In this document: positions 14,814 through 27,900 of the stretch, piece after piece
How the letters are laid out: every line of letters starts with the position of its first letter
Numbering within the stretch: position 1 is the first letter of the stretch
Source of the DNA: Lingula anatina
Lineage: Eukaryota > Animalia > Brachiopoda
Reading direction: 5' to 3'
NCBI GenBank assembly: GCA_051362555.1
Contig: CM120642.1
Span: 6,324,001-6,388,000 of the forward strand
DNA: 64,000 bases
Position numbers and translations under genes: made by a program
The notes under the pieces: model-generated
Databases searched by the model: none
What the model was told of the DNA's origin: nothing
What the model saw: only the letters and a program-made list of their open reading frames with translations

Positions 14814-15006
14814 TAAAATATCATAAATAATACTACATAAAATATCATAAATAAAATCTAGGTAAAACAGCCATCACTACATCACTATTTAAATTCTTTA
14901 TTTTAATCATTTGTGAAGTATTGGATTTTCAGGTATAGTCACTTTATTTGTTGATAGATGGTATTACTAGATAGAAAAAGTATAATAATTTTGTATCTAT
15001 TTCCAG

Positions 15007-18000
15007 GTGCTGTAGATCTCCTTACTGCTGTGAATCTAGACATGGAGTCCTCTTTTGGACTTCCATTAGGAGTAGATAAAGCAGATTCTGGATTTTGTGA
15101 CTCAAGGGGAGAGTCCAGGCTTCCAGACCGAGCATATAAACTCAACAATGAATCTCAGCTAAGTGTAACAACAAATCAGGTATTTCCAGGTAAGTACATT
15201 CCTTTAACTATAATTAAATTGAATGAGTGAATAATTAAACTAAGTGTGTTATAGTGCTAATCATGTATTGGTACAAGTTTGAAACCTGATATTTGCCATT
15301 AATGGCTTAGAATATTCTGTTTTTCATAATTGTGTATTATCAGTAAATATTGTAAGAAGTTTTTTCAGTAATTGGATTTCTATCTCTGTGGTTAATTGAC
15401 CACAATGTGCATCTCTGTTACACTCATATATAGATTCTAGGGATAATTTAAGACAGTGCCAAATGTTCAATTCCAATACTATTTAAAACAACAAACTTAT
15501 AGCAGAAAAATGAACAAGCAACAATAATCATGTCCCAGAAAATGTTTCTCAGTCAGAAAATTAAAAGTTTTAGCGATACAGAAAAGGATGCCTCTTTGCT
15601 CTTCGCCTGCAGTAAAACCTCTAAAACTGACAATCAAGGACACGTGAACTAGATAATGAATAGTCATGCTGTAACATCAATGTCATACTTGATGCAGCCT
15701 TAGTGAAAAGGTGATGACTAAAAGCAAATGCACTACCGGTACAGCAAACAGGGAATCCTTTAGTGGTGTCCAGCCAAACAAGATGCCTACGAAGCTGACA
15801 TTTGCTTATGTGTTCCAGCATTCACATGTAGCTATCAAATATGTGTGCATATATTTGATTGCACACATACTTAGTAGCTAGATGGGGGTACTGCCTATAT
15901 CTCCATGGTAGCCTGTTGAGTTGTTGTCAGTAAACACTAGATGGAGTTACTGTACTAGTATATTTCTCCATGGTATCATGTTAATTTGTTGTCGGTTAAT
16001 GCTATTTGAATTACTTATAACGCAACACTGTATATGTAAAATATATTTGAAAACTTGAGAGCTGCTATAGAACCTTTGTAGTTTACCTGGACATGGAAGT
16101 GGTAAATTTGTATAAAGGCATAAAAACTAGCCAAGCTGACCTTGTTGGAAACATGGGAAGATGAGAACTTAAGTGATGGTAGTTCACTGAGAATGTACAG
16201 TTTGACATTGTAAAAACTTGTAAAACAACACCATGAATCATTTACACTGTGGGTATACTGCTGGAAAGCAATTCCAATTGCTTAAATGGCAACCTGCGGA
16301 ACATGAGTCCACATCAAAGGGTCTTGATTCTTACAAGCTCCTTTCACTCAATTGAAGAAAACTACTTTGAGGGCAAGGCACACATTTCCACCAAATCAAC
16401 ATCAGCCAGTATTCACTGTCAGCAAGACCGGTTTCCAAAGCAACCTTGGATATTTTATACACGACCAGTTTACCTCGAACTTATAGAAGATATTTTGAGG
16501 ACAAGACATAGAATCAGGTTGTGGTCACAGTTTGTACAGACCAATGAAATAAAAGGGAAATAATAAGCTTGCTGATAATAAAATGTGAACAGACTAAAGA
16601 AAAGGAGGTAAATCAGAAGTTGGCTGATTCTGTAAAAAAAAAAAACAGTAGCAGGATTCACTTTTTTCTGGGCATTTCTGACATGATTGAGGCCATTTGA
16701 CTATAATTCAAACACCTGTTGCCTTTCATAGACCACGGGAAGTAATGGAAAATCCAGGAAATCCCAATCATGGAAATGGGTAGTATTACAAATTGCTGCT
16801 AACAATATCCAGGAACTGGAAGCAAAACTAATGTTAAACAAGACTCGAGACAGGAAGTCCAATGACCAGGATTGCAGTTGACTTGATGACCTTAAATGTG
16901 TTGGCTGATGAAAAACTTAAATTATAAACCTTGATTTTGTTTGTAAATTATTATTATTGACCAATTTGACCAGTGATATTAATTGATTTGAATGAGAAAC
17001 GCGGAAAGTTGCAAAATATTAACTCCAGTACCATTGCACATTGTAAATCTAATTGAGTGGGAAGTATGAGTTGATGTGTTAAACATATAAGTTAAAACAA
17101 TTTGATTCAATTTAGACTAACATGACATATTTGGGTAAAAGGTTTTAAGAAGTGTTTTTTCCATCATGTATTCCTTTCTTGACTAAAAGTGGCATTTAAT
17201 TTGATTAAAGTGCAGCATGCGTATCATCTAGCATGCATATCAGGATAAACCTATTAAAAGTTTTGAAATATCAAACTTTCACAGCAGACCTCAAGGTTTT
17301 TATTTTAACCAATTTCTGCTTAAATCATCAATTAATAATGATAATGGTAACCCAGGCCAGTCACTGTCATCCAATGAATTATATTATTCAAAATATCCCT
17401 CAATAGGCCCATTAATGACTCAATATAACCCTTGTAAAATGTTTAAAGATATGACACTTTTACAGCAATACTCAATATTCTGCTCTCAAGGGCAGTCCAG
17501 TCATTCTTGTCTCTATATTGGCTCAGCATTTTCATTTTTGAGATAAAATGGCCAGCCTTAGTTGTTCAGATATGTCTGAACATAATATCCTGTATCACAT
17601 TCTTCACAATAATCTTAATGTGGCCATTAACTTCTCAAAAACTCCCTGGCAGTGCAGTAACATGTGTTATTTCATTGCGACTCTGGGCCTTGTACACAAT
17701 CCTTTGCAACTCTAGGTCACGCAATCCAGAAACACACGCAACGGGTCATTAGGTGTTTGGCATGATAGGTGATTATGGACTCATTCATCTGAGTTCATTG
17801 ACAAGCTGCATGTACTAACCTAGACACTATGGTATTTTGCAGTATTTTAAACACAAGGTCTGTTCGCATTCATTCATTCATTCATGTTTGTGTGAAGGAG
17901 TTAAATGGAAATTTCTCACAGATACTGTTACAAAGTTTTATTTATTTATTTGAAATTGTAGAAAAAACTACTGCAACTGTTTTCATTTGCGCAAGGAACC

Positions 18001-19641
18001 TTTCTTCACTTGGAACAGCTGGCAGCTGTTGTACAAGATTTGATATACTATTTGGGAAAGCTCGAAACCCCTATCTTGAAGGGATGTAATACCCCCTGAA
18101 ACAAAAGACGAGACCACTGCAAGGAATGTCATATCCCAGGACTAGCTTGAGGCCACTGAGCAAGGAATTTCATGTCCTTTGCAAGCCAACCTATAAGGAA
18201 TGTTATACCTCATGGAAATCGTGAACTGAACATGCAAAGAATGTTATATACCCCTTGGTGTAGCATGTAGCAGTGGGGAAAGGAATGTTATACCCCTTGG
18301 TGTAGCATGCAGCAGCTGTGTAAAGAATGTTATACCCCTTGGTGTAGCATGAAGAAGTGGTGTAAGGAATGTTATACCCCCTGGTATAGCATAAAGCAAT
18401 GGTGTAAGGAATGTTATACCCCTTGGTGTAACATGAAGCAGTGGTGTAAGGAATGTTATACCCCTTGGTGTAGCATGCAGCAGTTGTGTAAAGAATGTTA
18501 TACCCCTTGGTGTAGCATGAAGCAGTGGTGTAAGGAATGTTATACCCCCTGGTGTAGCATAAAGCAATGGTGTAAGGAATGTTATACCCCTTGGTGTAAC
18601 ATGAAGCAGTGGTGTAAGGAATGTTATACCTCTTGGTGTAGCATGAAACAATTGTGTAAGGAATGTTATGTCCCTTGGTAATCTTGAAGCCAAAGTGCAA
18701 GGAATGTCATATCTCTTGGAAAGTCTGAACCAGATGTGCAAGGAACGTTATATCTCTTGGAAAGCCTGAAGGCAATGTGCAAGGAATGTTATATCGTTTG
18801 GAAAGCCTGAAGCCAATGAGCAACAAATGTTTCATTCCTTGAAAAACTGCAGTCACTGTACGTCTAAACAAAGAGAGGTGTCTCTCTTACTATAAAAAAG
18901 GTGCAATATTTAATATCAGTAGATAGCTACTTATTTATTTAGGGTCACAGAAGATACAAATGGTAGTTTTAAAGTTTAGACCAGCTTTAGCCTGAAGTTC
19001 TTTTGTGAAATGGTCAGGGCCCAGTGCTACTTGACTGAACACTGGCATGTCAGTATTTATTTAAGGAACCAATTTATAAATGTTATTTATGGCACAAAAC
19101 TGTTCTGTAGTGCTGAAGAGAATGGGAATTTTATTGAAAATTTACAAAATGTATTTAACATGTTCATTTTAGATAAGTGATGAAAATTTCCTTCCAGACG
19201 GATTCCCAGAGGATTTCTCAGTCCTCTTGACAATACGCCCAAAACAGGGAAACCGTGGTTATTTATTCACAATATACAGTGGCAGAACAGCCCATGAAAC
19301 ATTGGCAGTCCAGATGGGTGAAGACCCCAAGTTTGTATATGAGGATAGCACTGGAACCCCGGGAGAGAAAAATTCACCAGTATTCAAAGGAGTCAATTTT
19401 TCTGATGGAAAGTAAGTTATTGGAAATATTGCAGGTATCTTTTTATCTTATGATGGCATATTTTGAAATGTAGAATGAATGATAGAAAAGGATTGATTTT
19501 TTATACCTTTACTGTTTTCTTCGCAAGGGGAAGGGGCATGCATTTAAATCTGTAGTCAGAAATTAATTCAAGAAAATTACAAAAATTGAAGTTTAAACTG
19601 GAAATCCTAAACAGAAGTGCCTGAATATAACCTTAATAACC

Positions 19642-19688
<47 letters not shown>

Positions 19689-20522
19689 TAAGGGCTCCTT
19701 TTCAATCAATTATTCTGCCATTTTTCAGGTGGCACAGGATAGCCTACAGTGTAAAAGGAGACTCGGTTACGCTATACATGGACTGTAATCTTATAGAAAC
19801 CAAAAAACTAAACAGGTCAATTCCGGCAAATGTGGACAACGAAGGTGTCATTTTCATTGGACGGCAACTTATGGAAATGGAAGATGTGACATTTGAGGTG
19901 AGTAGTACTACCATACCTTGTGTCTTAGTTATGCTTATTATTCTGTTATTGGTGGGCAGTGGGTACTGCCATTGTCTGTAAAGTCACCGTTTTCCAGTTA
20001 CTGAGTATATAACATAAATGATAGAATTCTTCACGTGATTTCTCTATATTTTCCTTTTCCATTTGGCCAACTTTCTTTCTCTTAGAAGTTGTAATCAGAA
20101 AAAATTGTAAGCCCTAAATTTTGTGTATAATATGTTTGAAATAAAACTTTTAAAGCTTGAATGTGAAACCCTGTTTTTAAACTTGTCTTTTTGGTAATGA
20201 TTTAAAATTCAATGAAATGTTTTTATATGTATGACAAAACCAAAAAATAAAAAATTGAGGACATTTAAACTTCAGGTCATATAAACTGACAGAAATTTTA
20301 TTCATGCAAAGTGCATTCTATTGTTCTGTTTTTATAGGGTGATGTCCAGGATCTCATCATCATTAACGATCCCCAGGCAGCCTATGAGCATTGTGAGATC
20401 TACACTCCTGAATGTACAGAAGACTTCTTTGGATATGTGAAAAAAGAATATGACGACACTTACTCTGTTGGAGAGTCAAAAAATAATGACTCATATTACT
20501 CATCTGTAAGTTAATAATAATA

Positions 20523-20563
<41 letters not shown>

Positions 20564-22162
20564 AACAAGAACATAATCCGTTTAGAGTTAAAAATCCACA
20601 AAGTGTACAGTGACACTACTCATAAGGTCTCATATTTCTCATGTGTGTGTATGTGAACTGTGATCATTACTTTGATTTATGTATACATTATATTTATATA
20701 TATATGAAGAGATGAAACTCCCCAACTTATCCCTATTTATCTGTAAATCCAGGTATTTGGGTGTTGTATTTATGCCCCCTAAACTCTGCTACATGGGGCT
20801 GTGCACCTTTGGCCGCTTGCATTTTCAGGATTTTTACATCTCTGAATTAATATTGAAAACAATTAGCAAGCTGATACACGTCCATTGTTATTTGATTTCA
20901 GTATGACCTGGATGAGGATGTAGCGGGGTCCTATGGGTCTGGGGAGTTGGCTGCTGGCACGGGAGACTTGGAACCAACCTATGGTGTCGGAGCTGGTGTT
21001 TATGGCCCTGATGGAGGTTATGGATCAATATCTGTAAGTCAAAAACTTCTGAAATCTCATATTCCATATATTTTTCAGTATCAGTAAAGCAAGGCTTATG
21101 ACAGTTCTAAGCATTTTTCCATACTTTTACCAATACTTGTTATCCAAAAGTTTTGACATTTTTAAATATTTTTTTCTTAAGATCCTATATATGCAGTCAA
21201 TAACTATAAATAAAAAACATGAGAATTTCTGACTTTTGTGACACCAAACAATATAAATAACAGTAAAAACAGAGATGTGGCTTATTGTCAGTAAAAGTTA
21301 AAAAAATAGGTTCTAGTATAGGTTAACCTGTGTTGTTTATTCCTGTCAGGGTGCCTATGGTTATGCAGGACCCCCAGGACCACCAGGACCACCTGGGTAT
21401 ACAGGACCAAAGGGAGAAGCTGTATGTAATCCTATAGTTGTGCTGTTATTTATTTATTTATTTATTTATTAATTTATTTATTTATATTTTGACTATAAAT
21501 AAATAAATGAACAAAAAAATACAAAAGTACAAGTAACACAAAAGCACAAAAAAGAGATGCTACTTTCATACACCTGATGTTATTTATTAAGTAATTTAAA
21601 CTTTGCATTACAACTGGAGTTAATTTATATGTATTGTAAAGTTTTTTTTGTAGCTAGACTGATATGTTTTGAAATTTTTACACCAAATTTGCTATTGATA
21701 TGGCTGTAGTGCTGGTTATTGTGGATGGTACTTAATTCTGAGCATGCCACATGTCACAGTTAGTGCCCCAGGGAGGTGAAATCATTTAGGGATTAAACGG
21801 ATCCTTTAAGGCCAGGGATAAATTGTAAATCAATTTTGTAAGAAATCAAGCTATAAAACATAGCCATAACCTTTTTTTAAAAAATTTTTTTAATGAAAAT
21901 TGTAACACAAAATAATTGTTTTTTTTTCATATTATTTTTTCATGACTGGTTTTATATTTTAGGGTTATCCTGGCCGTGATGGCATTCCAGGAGCTAATGG
22001 ATTACCAGGTCCTCCAGGTCATGTCTTCATCATTCCTGTAAGTACATGATTATTTTTTCTTTCAGTAAAGGGATATTCTGCACTGTTTTTTCCTCCATAA
22101 ATTCCACTTTACACATCAAAACTTTTCCAAAATGGCAAGGCAAAAATTATTAAAAAAATTGA

Positions 22163-22202
<40 letters not shown>

Positions 22203-24882
22203 GTGTGTGTGTGTGTGGTGGTTTTTATTAAATTGTGTTAAGACAGGTATGCAAAAAAAAGACAATTAATCTATAAAGACAGATGACATAAATCTTTGAG
22301 TGTAATCTACAAAATGTGTTTATGTTTATTTGATGTAATGTTTATATTGCCTTTATTTCTAGCTAAGAAACCCAGGACAAAAAGGCCCCAATAATGAAGT
22401 CGAAACCTACAGACAGATGCTTAGTCAACACATGGTAAGTGAACAGGAGAAATGCTATAGTCATCTTAAATTTGCTGGCCATCATACAGTTTTTTAAACA
22501 AAGTTTATTTACAAGAAATGAATACATCTCTGTGAATACAGAATACAAAGATAAGATTATAATACAATCTTTCAAGTTTTGCTCATCTGGGTCACTTTTT
22601 GACATTAATTACTTTGCTATTTTGTAAAGAAAAGCAATGAAAAATAAGAAAAGAGTAATATTGCAAAATGACTTTTTCACTGTAGCTAGTAGAGTATTTA
22701 TATTAAACAAAATATAAATTTAAAATTCATGTTTTGGTTGGTGGAGCCATAGGTGTAAAATTCTACTTATACAGATGTAGATATGCAGGCATAATATTTG
22801 AGGCAAACAAAAGGAATTTGCAATGTCAACAAGATAATTAAGTTCTGTTAATTCCATATATTAAGGTGAACCATACTTTTATTTTTCAGCTTGCAATGAG
22901 AGGTCCACCAGGAGCTATGGGATTCACTGGACTGCCAGGACCACCCGTAAGTTACACAACAAAAACAACAGCAACAGCACTAACAAGAATATGTAAATAT
23001 TATAATGGACATTCTTTTTTTTCTTTGATACATTAAAGGAACTAAACCTGGAATTATTATTGTAGATTTGATAATGGATTCAATTGAAGTATAATTTATG
23101 TTATAATGTATGTCCTTGGTGGGAGTTGTGAATCATAGTATTTAATATTGATATTTCATTATATTTATCATTTGTAGGGTCCATCTGGTGAAAATGGCCC
23201 AAAGGGTGATATGGGTGATCCAGGGGAGCCGGTGAGTGTATTAGAATTCTCCTGTTTTCAGCAAAAATGAATTTGATTATAAGATACAAATGTAAAGAAA
23301 GGAGAAATATTCATGTCTCATCTTGTTTGTTTTATGTAAAATGTTTGGTCCAAATTGGTTAAAAATTCATTTCCTATTTGAAAAATGTGTATATCTTTTT
23401 TTTTCTATAGAAAAAGTGATAGAATACCCAGTATTATGTTTAATCTCAGGTGAACCTGAAATCATACCTCTAATTTTTAAATTTAGTGGCACTAGCTATC
23501 ACTGGGTTGTATTTAATTGTTTTTCTAGCAACACTTGAAATGAATTATTATAACCAAAGGATTATTTGAAGTATTGGTCATATTTGAGACTGGAACTGAT
23601 GGCATGGTCTCATTGAGAAATGCATAAGTATACATTTTCATATATCTCTATTGTATATGTATTAGAAGAACAGTGATATTGTGTTGTTGATAGAGGACAT
23701 GGATTACATAATAGACATCATCGTCATCGATAATCTTGAACTTAATTTCAGGGATTACAAGGCCCAAGAGGGTACCTGGGCCAGGCTGGAAAGAGAGGAA
23801 GAAGGGTGAGATCTTCATGTGTTTCTATGGAAAGGAATATAAAAACATATCATAGCTATTAAAATTTCCAAACTCAGTACATATTGTAAAACTAGAATCT
23901 TACTTTTTTTATGATTTTATTATCATATATAGTTACTCAAATGTCAGTATAAAAAGTGCACTTTCTAACGAGATGCTAGATTTTATAATCAACATTTAAA
24001 ATGTTGCATACGAAAATGTGTTATTTTCCATGAATTCATGAATTTTATTTTCTTCGAATTTAACAAATGATACTGTACCAGTAATATTTCTCTCCTTAGG
24101 GTCGACCAGGTTATGATGGGGAGAGGGGGCAGACAGGACCTCCAGGAAACAAAGTAAATAATACAAATTATAAATTACATCTTGGATAATAAGTAAAATC
24201 TTAAAATGTCATTTTAGGGTTTTGACAAAAATTAAAGCAACCTTAACTGATCAAACACCAATTGACCTAGATGAAATCATAGATGTTAATTTGCCTCATG
24301 GTTTATTTTGCACCAATAAATACCCATGTGCCTAATTGTAATTGACCAATTTAGCCAACAACTTACATGTCAGTTGTAAAATATGAACATAAGGAAGTTA
24401 TAAAGAAAATAAAAGTAAATGCATTATTTTCAATTTAATTCCACAAAAATGGTTCTCGGGTTATTAATTCTCAATATAGACTGCCAAATGCACCTAATCT
24501 ATAGGTGCTTTTATTTAGTTTTTGTTGTTTAAAATATGAAGTTACAATCATTGGTGTTTTTTAAAAATAATTTTCACCCTGCTATTTATCTTCAGGGCGG
24601 TATTGGTTTTCCGGGACGACCAGGTTTACCAGGAGAGAAGGGAGACAGGGCGAGCACCTTTTTTTCTTTTTTTTAAACTTCACTAATGATGAATTTTTGG
24701 CAAACTGTTTTGCACTAAAGATTTGTGAAAGAAGATGATTGTAAACTATTCATTGAATATCTGTACTTTCATGTGGAGATAATACGTCTGCAAACTACTT
24801 ATGATAATTAAATGTACCTAATAAAAAGAAATTATTCTTGACAATCTTCCGTTGATTAACTGAGACATAAATAAATTAACAT

Positions 24883-24921
<39 letters not shown>

Positions 24922-27900
24922 TTTCAGGGTATGATAGGTGTCACTGGTGAGAGAGGACCACCTGGTCATGATGGATCAAGGGCAAGTGATATAAATTGAT
25001 TCAGTTAATATATATGTTAGAGCAATCAGCATTGTAAAGTGAAACTGAGCTCCAGTGCCAAACTCTTGGATTTAATGATGTGCACTTATTTATTAACAAT
25101 TTTTTATCTTTTCAATAAAATGTGGCATTAATGGTTTGTCTCATTGTGTGTTTTACTGCATGTTCTTCTATCTCTCTCCCTCTTTCCATCTCTCTCTCTC
25201 TGCTTTAGCACTGATATTGAATTTCTTTCTGTAGGGTGTACCTGGTCTACCAGGCCCCCCTGGAGACCCAGGAGACATGGGACCAAGAGGGTTCCTAGGA
25301 CCAAGGGGACCACCAGGACCAATAGGAAACCCTGTAAGTAAATGGTTTATGATTTGTTGTTACCATAGCAACTATATACAGTTTAATTGCATGATTGAAT
25401 AAAAGACATGGATGAGATTTTTCCGACTATTGATGAATTTCCTACTTTTTAGGTGGTGTTGGTGCTTAATTTTTCCGACCATCTGCAGATTTCTGACTTT
25501 TTGGGAGCCACAAAGGGTCATCCCTGAAAAGACCATCAAAATGAAAAACATGTAGATTTAATTTTATGCAATAATTTTTTTTTATTTCCCTTTATAGGGT
25601 ATCCCTGGGGTGGAAGGGCCAGAAGGTCAAAAAGGAAATGCAGTAAGTAGATTGAAATAAAATAACAACAGAATCTCACCAAATATGTTCAAAAGGTGAC
25701 ATTACATATATTTGATATGATGTTCATTTTTACTTTATTTTTGGGTATTAATTAAAAAGGGAAAAATGAAAATTCCAATTGGCGAATTTACTTGTTTCTT
25801 GTTTTTTTGCAACCATCTATGAGGCAAATATATGTATATGTCTTTCAACTAAAGATTTATCTGATTTTTCTAATACTAGGGTCCAGTTGGTCAGCCAGGG
25901 CCTCCAGGTTCTACAGGACCACCAGGAGCCAGGGTGAGTTAACTGTGGACTACAGCCCTGATACTAATTCCATCATGGATTTGTAACTATTGTAATCTTA
26001 ATTTTATTGAAGGAATAAAAACTCGAATTATTTGTTATTTTACAACATTGACTCTAAATTTTGTTGGTTTATAGTTGCAAATGAATATGGCATATTTTAT
26101 AGTGTACGTTTGTCAAAAAGAGAGAAAAAAACAAATAGATGTTATACTATTGCTTTAGTGCCACTCATTGTTTGGTATTGTACTTCTTGGTTGTACTTCT
26201 AATTATTTTAGAATAAACAGTATTTGAGTTTATAGCCTACAATTTCACCAGATGTCTATAATGTATAAGCTGTATGAGACATTTTAGTTAATATGTTAAA
26301 GCCTGTTATTTGACTGATATTCCAGGGATCTCCAGGTCCAGTGGGTCCTCTCGGACCTCCTGGAATTTCTGGACCCAGTGGGAAGCCTGGATTACCTGGA
26401 ATGCCTGGAGTGGATGGAGAGATGGTAGGAAATAAATAGTTTTCTTTCTTTTTTTTCTTTTTTTTTTGGAGGGGGTGTGTGCTTAAAAGTCATGTGCAAA
26501 GTATTTATTTATATGCTGAATTCATCTAAAATGTATACATATTCTTCAAAGTGTTAATTTACCAATATTTTCTGTTTGTAGGTAAAAATATTCTTAAAAG
26601 TATTTATTAACAAGGTTTTTGTAAGTAAGTCTGGAAAATGATAAAATATTTATTTGACTCCAGGGACTGCCAGGACCTGAAGGAGCAACAGGAGATAAGG
26701 GGGAGAGAGTAAGTTTTTTGAAATATAAAATGTCAAGTATTTTTCTTATAATTATGACAATGAAATACCACAAATTTAAGTTAATTTGAACAGTAAATAA
26801 AGCTGATATACACAAGATTGGCACCCAAATGATAAAAGAACAAATAATCATACTGAATAATCTCATAATTTTATATCATTTTCTAAATGTGTATTTAAGG
26901 GAGAGAAGGGTACCCCAGGAAACTCAGGATACCCAGGCCCCAGGGGTATCAAAGGAATGCCAGGGACCAGGGGGCCAGTTGGCGAGAAAGGAGAGAGGGT
27001 AGGTTTTGAAGTTTTTTGAAGAACGCTCTTTGTTACTTTGGTTATGAAGTGCAGTGTTTATTGATTCATTTTCATTTTTATAAATTTTTATTTGTTAGTT
27101 GATTATTTTCAAACATGAGAAAATGAGAAAAAATAATATTTAGAAAATTCAGGAAGTCTTTTTCCAAATGTTAAGTATTTTTGGTGTCTTAGTTTATATT
27201 TATTTATCTCAGACCTCAGACAAAGTTTTGTTTTCCTCTCAGGGTATCACTGGCCTGGATGGCTACAAGGGAGATCCTGGTCTGAAAGGTGACAAGGGAG
27301 AGAAAGGACCTCCTGGATCTAGAGGAGAGGAGGGCCCTGTGGGACCAAAAGTATGCTTAAACATGTCCTTTGGTTGAGACTTTACTAGATTGATTATTTT
27401 ACTGATATAAAAGAATCATTTCTTCACAATATAAAAATTAAAACAAAGATACGGAATAATACCATTTGTGACCTGCTTTTGCTTCAATTTATATTTAAAA
27501 AAAGTTTTTTCTGACCACTTGTCCTGCAGGGTGACCAGGGACCTTTGGGTGAGGTTGGACCACCAGGACCAATAGGAGAGAAGGGTCAGATGGGTATTCC
27601 TGGCTACCCAGGCTATGTCGGACCACCAGGAGAGAAGGTATGCATGCAAATCTGGGATGAAAGATTATATTTTAAATCTATGAAATATCAGTTTATTTTG
27701 GATCTTATTTCAGTATTTATGCATTATTTACATCTTTCAGTGTTGTCTATAACATAAAAATAGTAATATCCTTTCCAATTTAGTGATGAGTTCCACTTAT
27801 TTTAAAAAAATTGTTTTTATTTTTTATTTTAGGGTAACCATGGTCCCTCAGGTAAAAGGGGTCGTGATGGAGATAAAGGAGTAATGGGAATGCCAGGACC

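Larger units (their letters stand above)
15007..20505 (+). other. TSPN (laminin-G-like) N-propeptide domain exons of the collagen
   Basis: Translation [10 protein letters not shown]...[51 protein letters not shown]...[22 protein letters not shown]...[29 protein letters not shown] closely parallels the remembered alpha1(XI)/alpha1(V) TSPN (FPEDFSIL, DGKWHR, FEGDIQQ, AAYDYCEHYSPDC). Confidence 0.93.

Noticed and set aside
18203-18741. Three overlapping repeat ORFs (165, 165 and 124 aa), one resembling a Cys-rich metal-binding protein
   Set aside because: Explained by a 42-bp (multiple of 3) minisatellite lacking stops in those frames; intronic, no splice signals identified, and variants show no clear codon-position bias.
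18079-18860. Regularly spaced repeats superficially resembling a CRISPR array
   Set aside because: Units are contiguous tandem copies without unique spacers, the context is a eukaryotic intron, and no cas genes are present.
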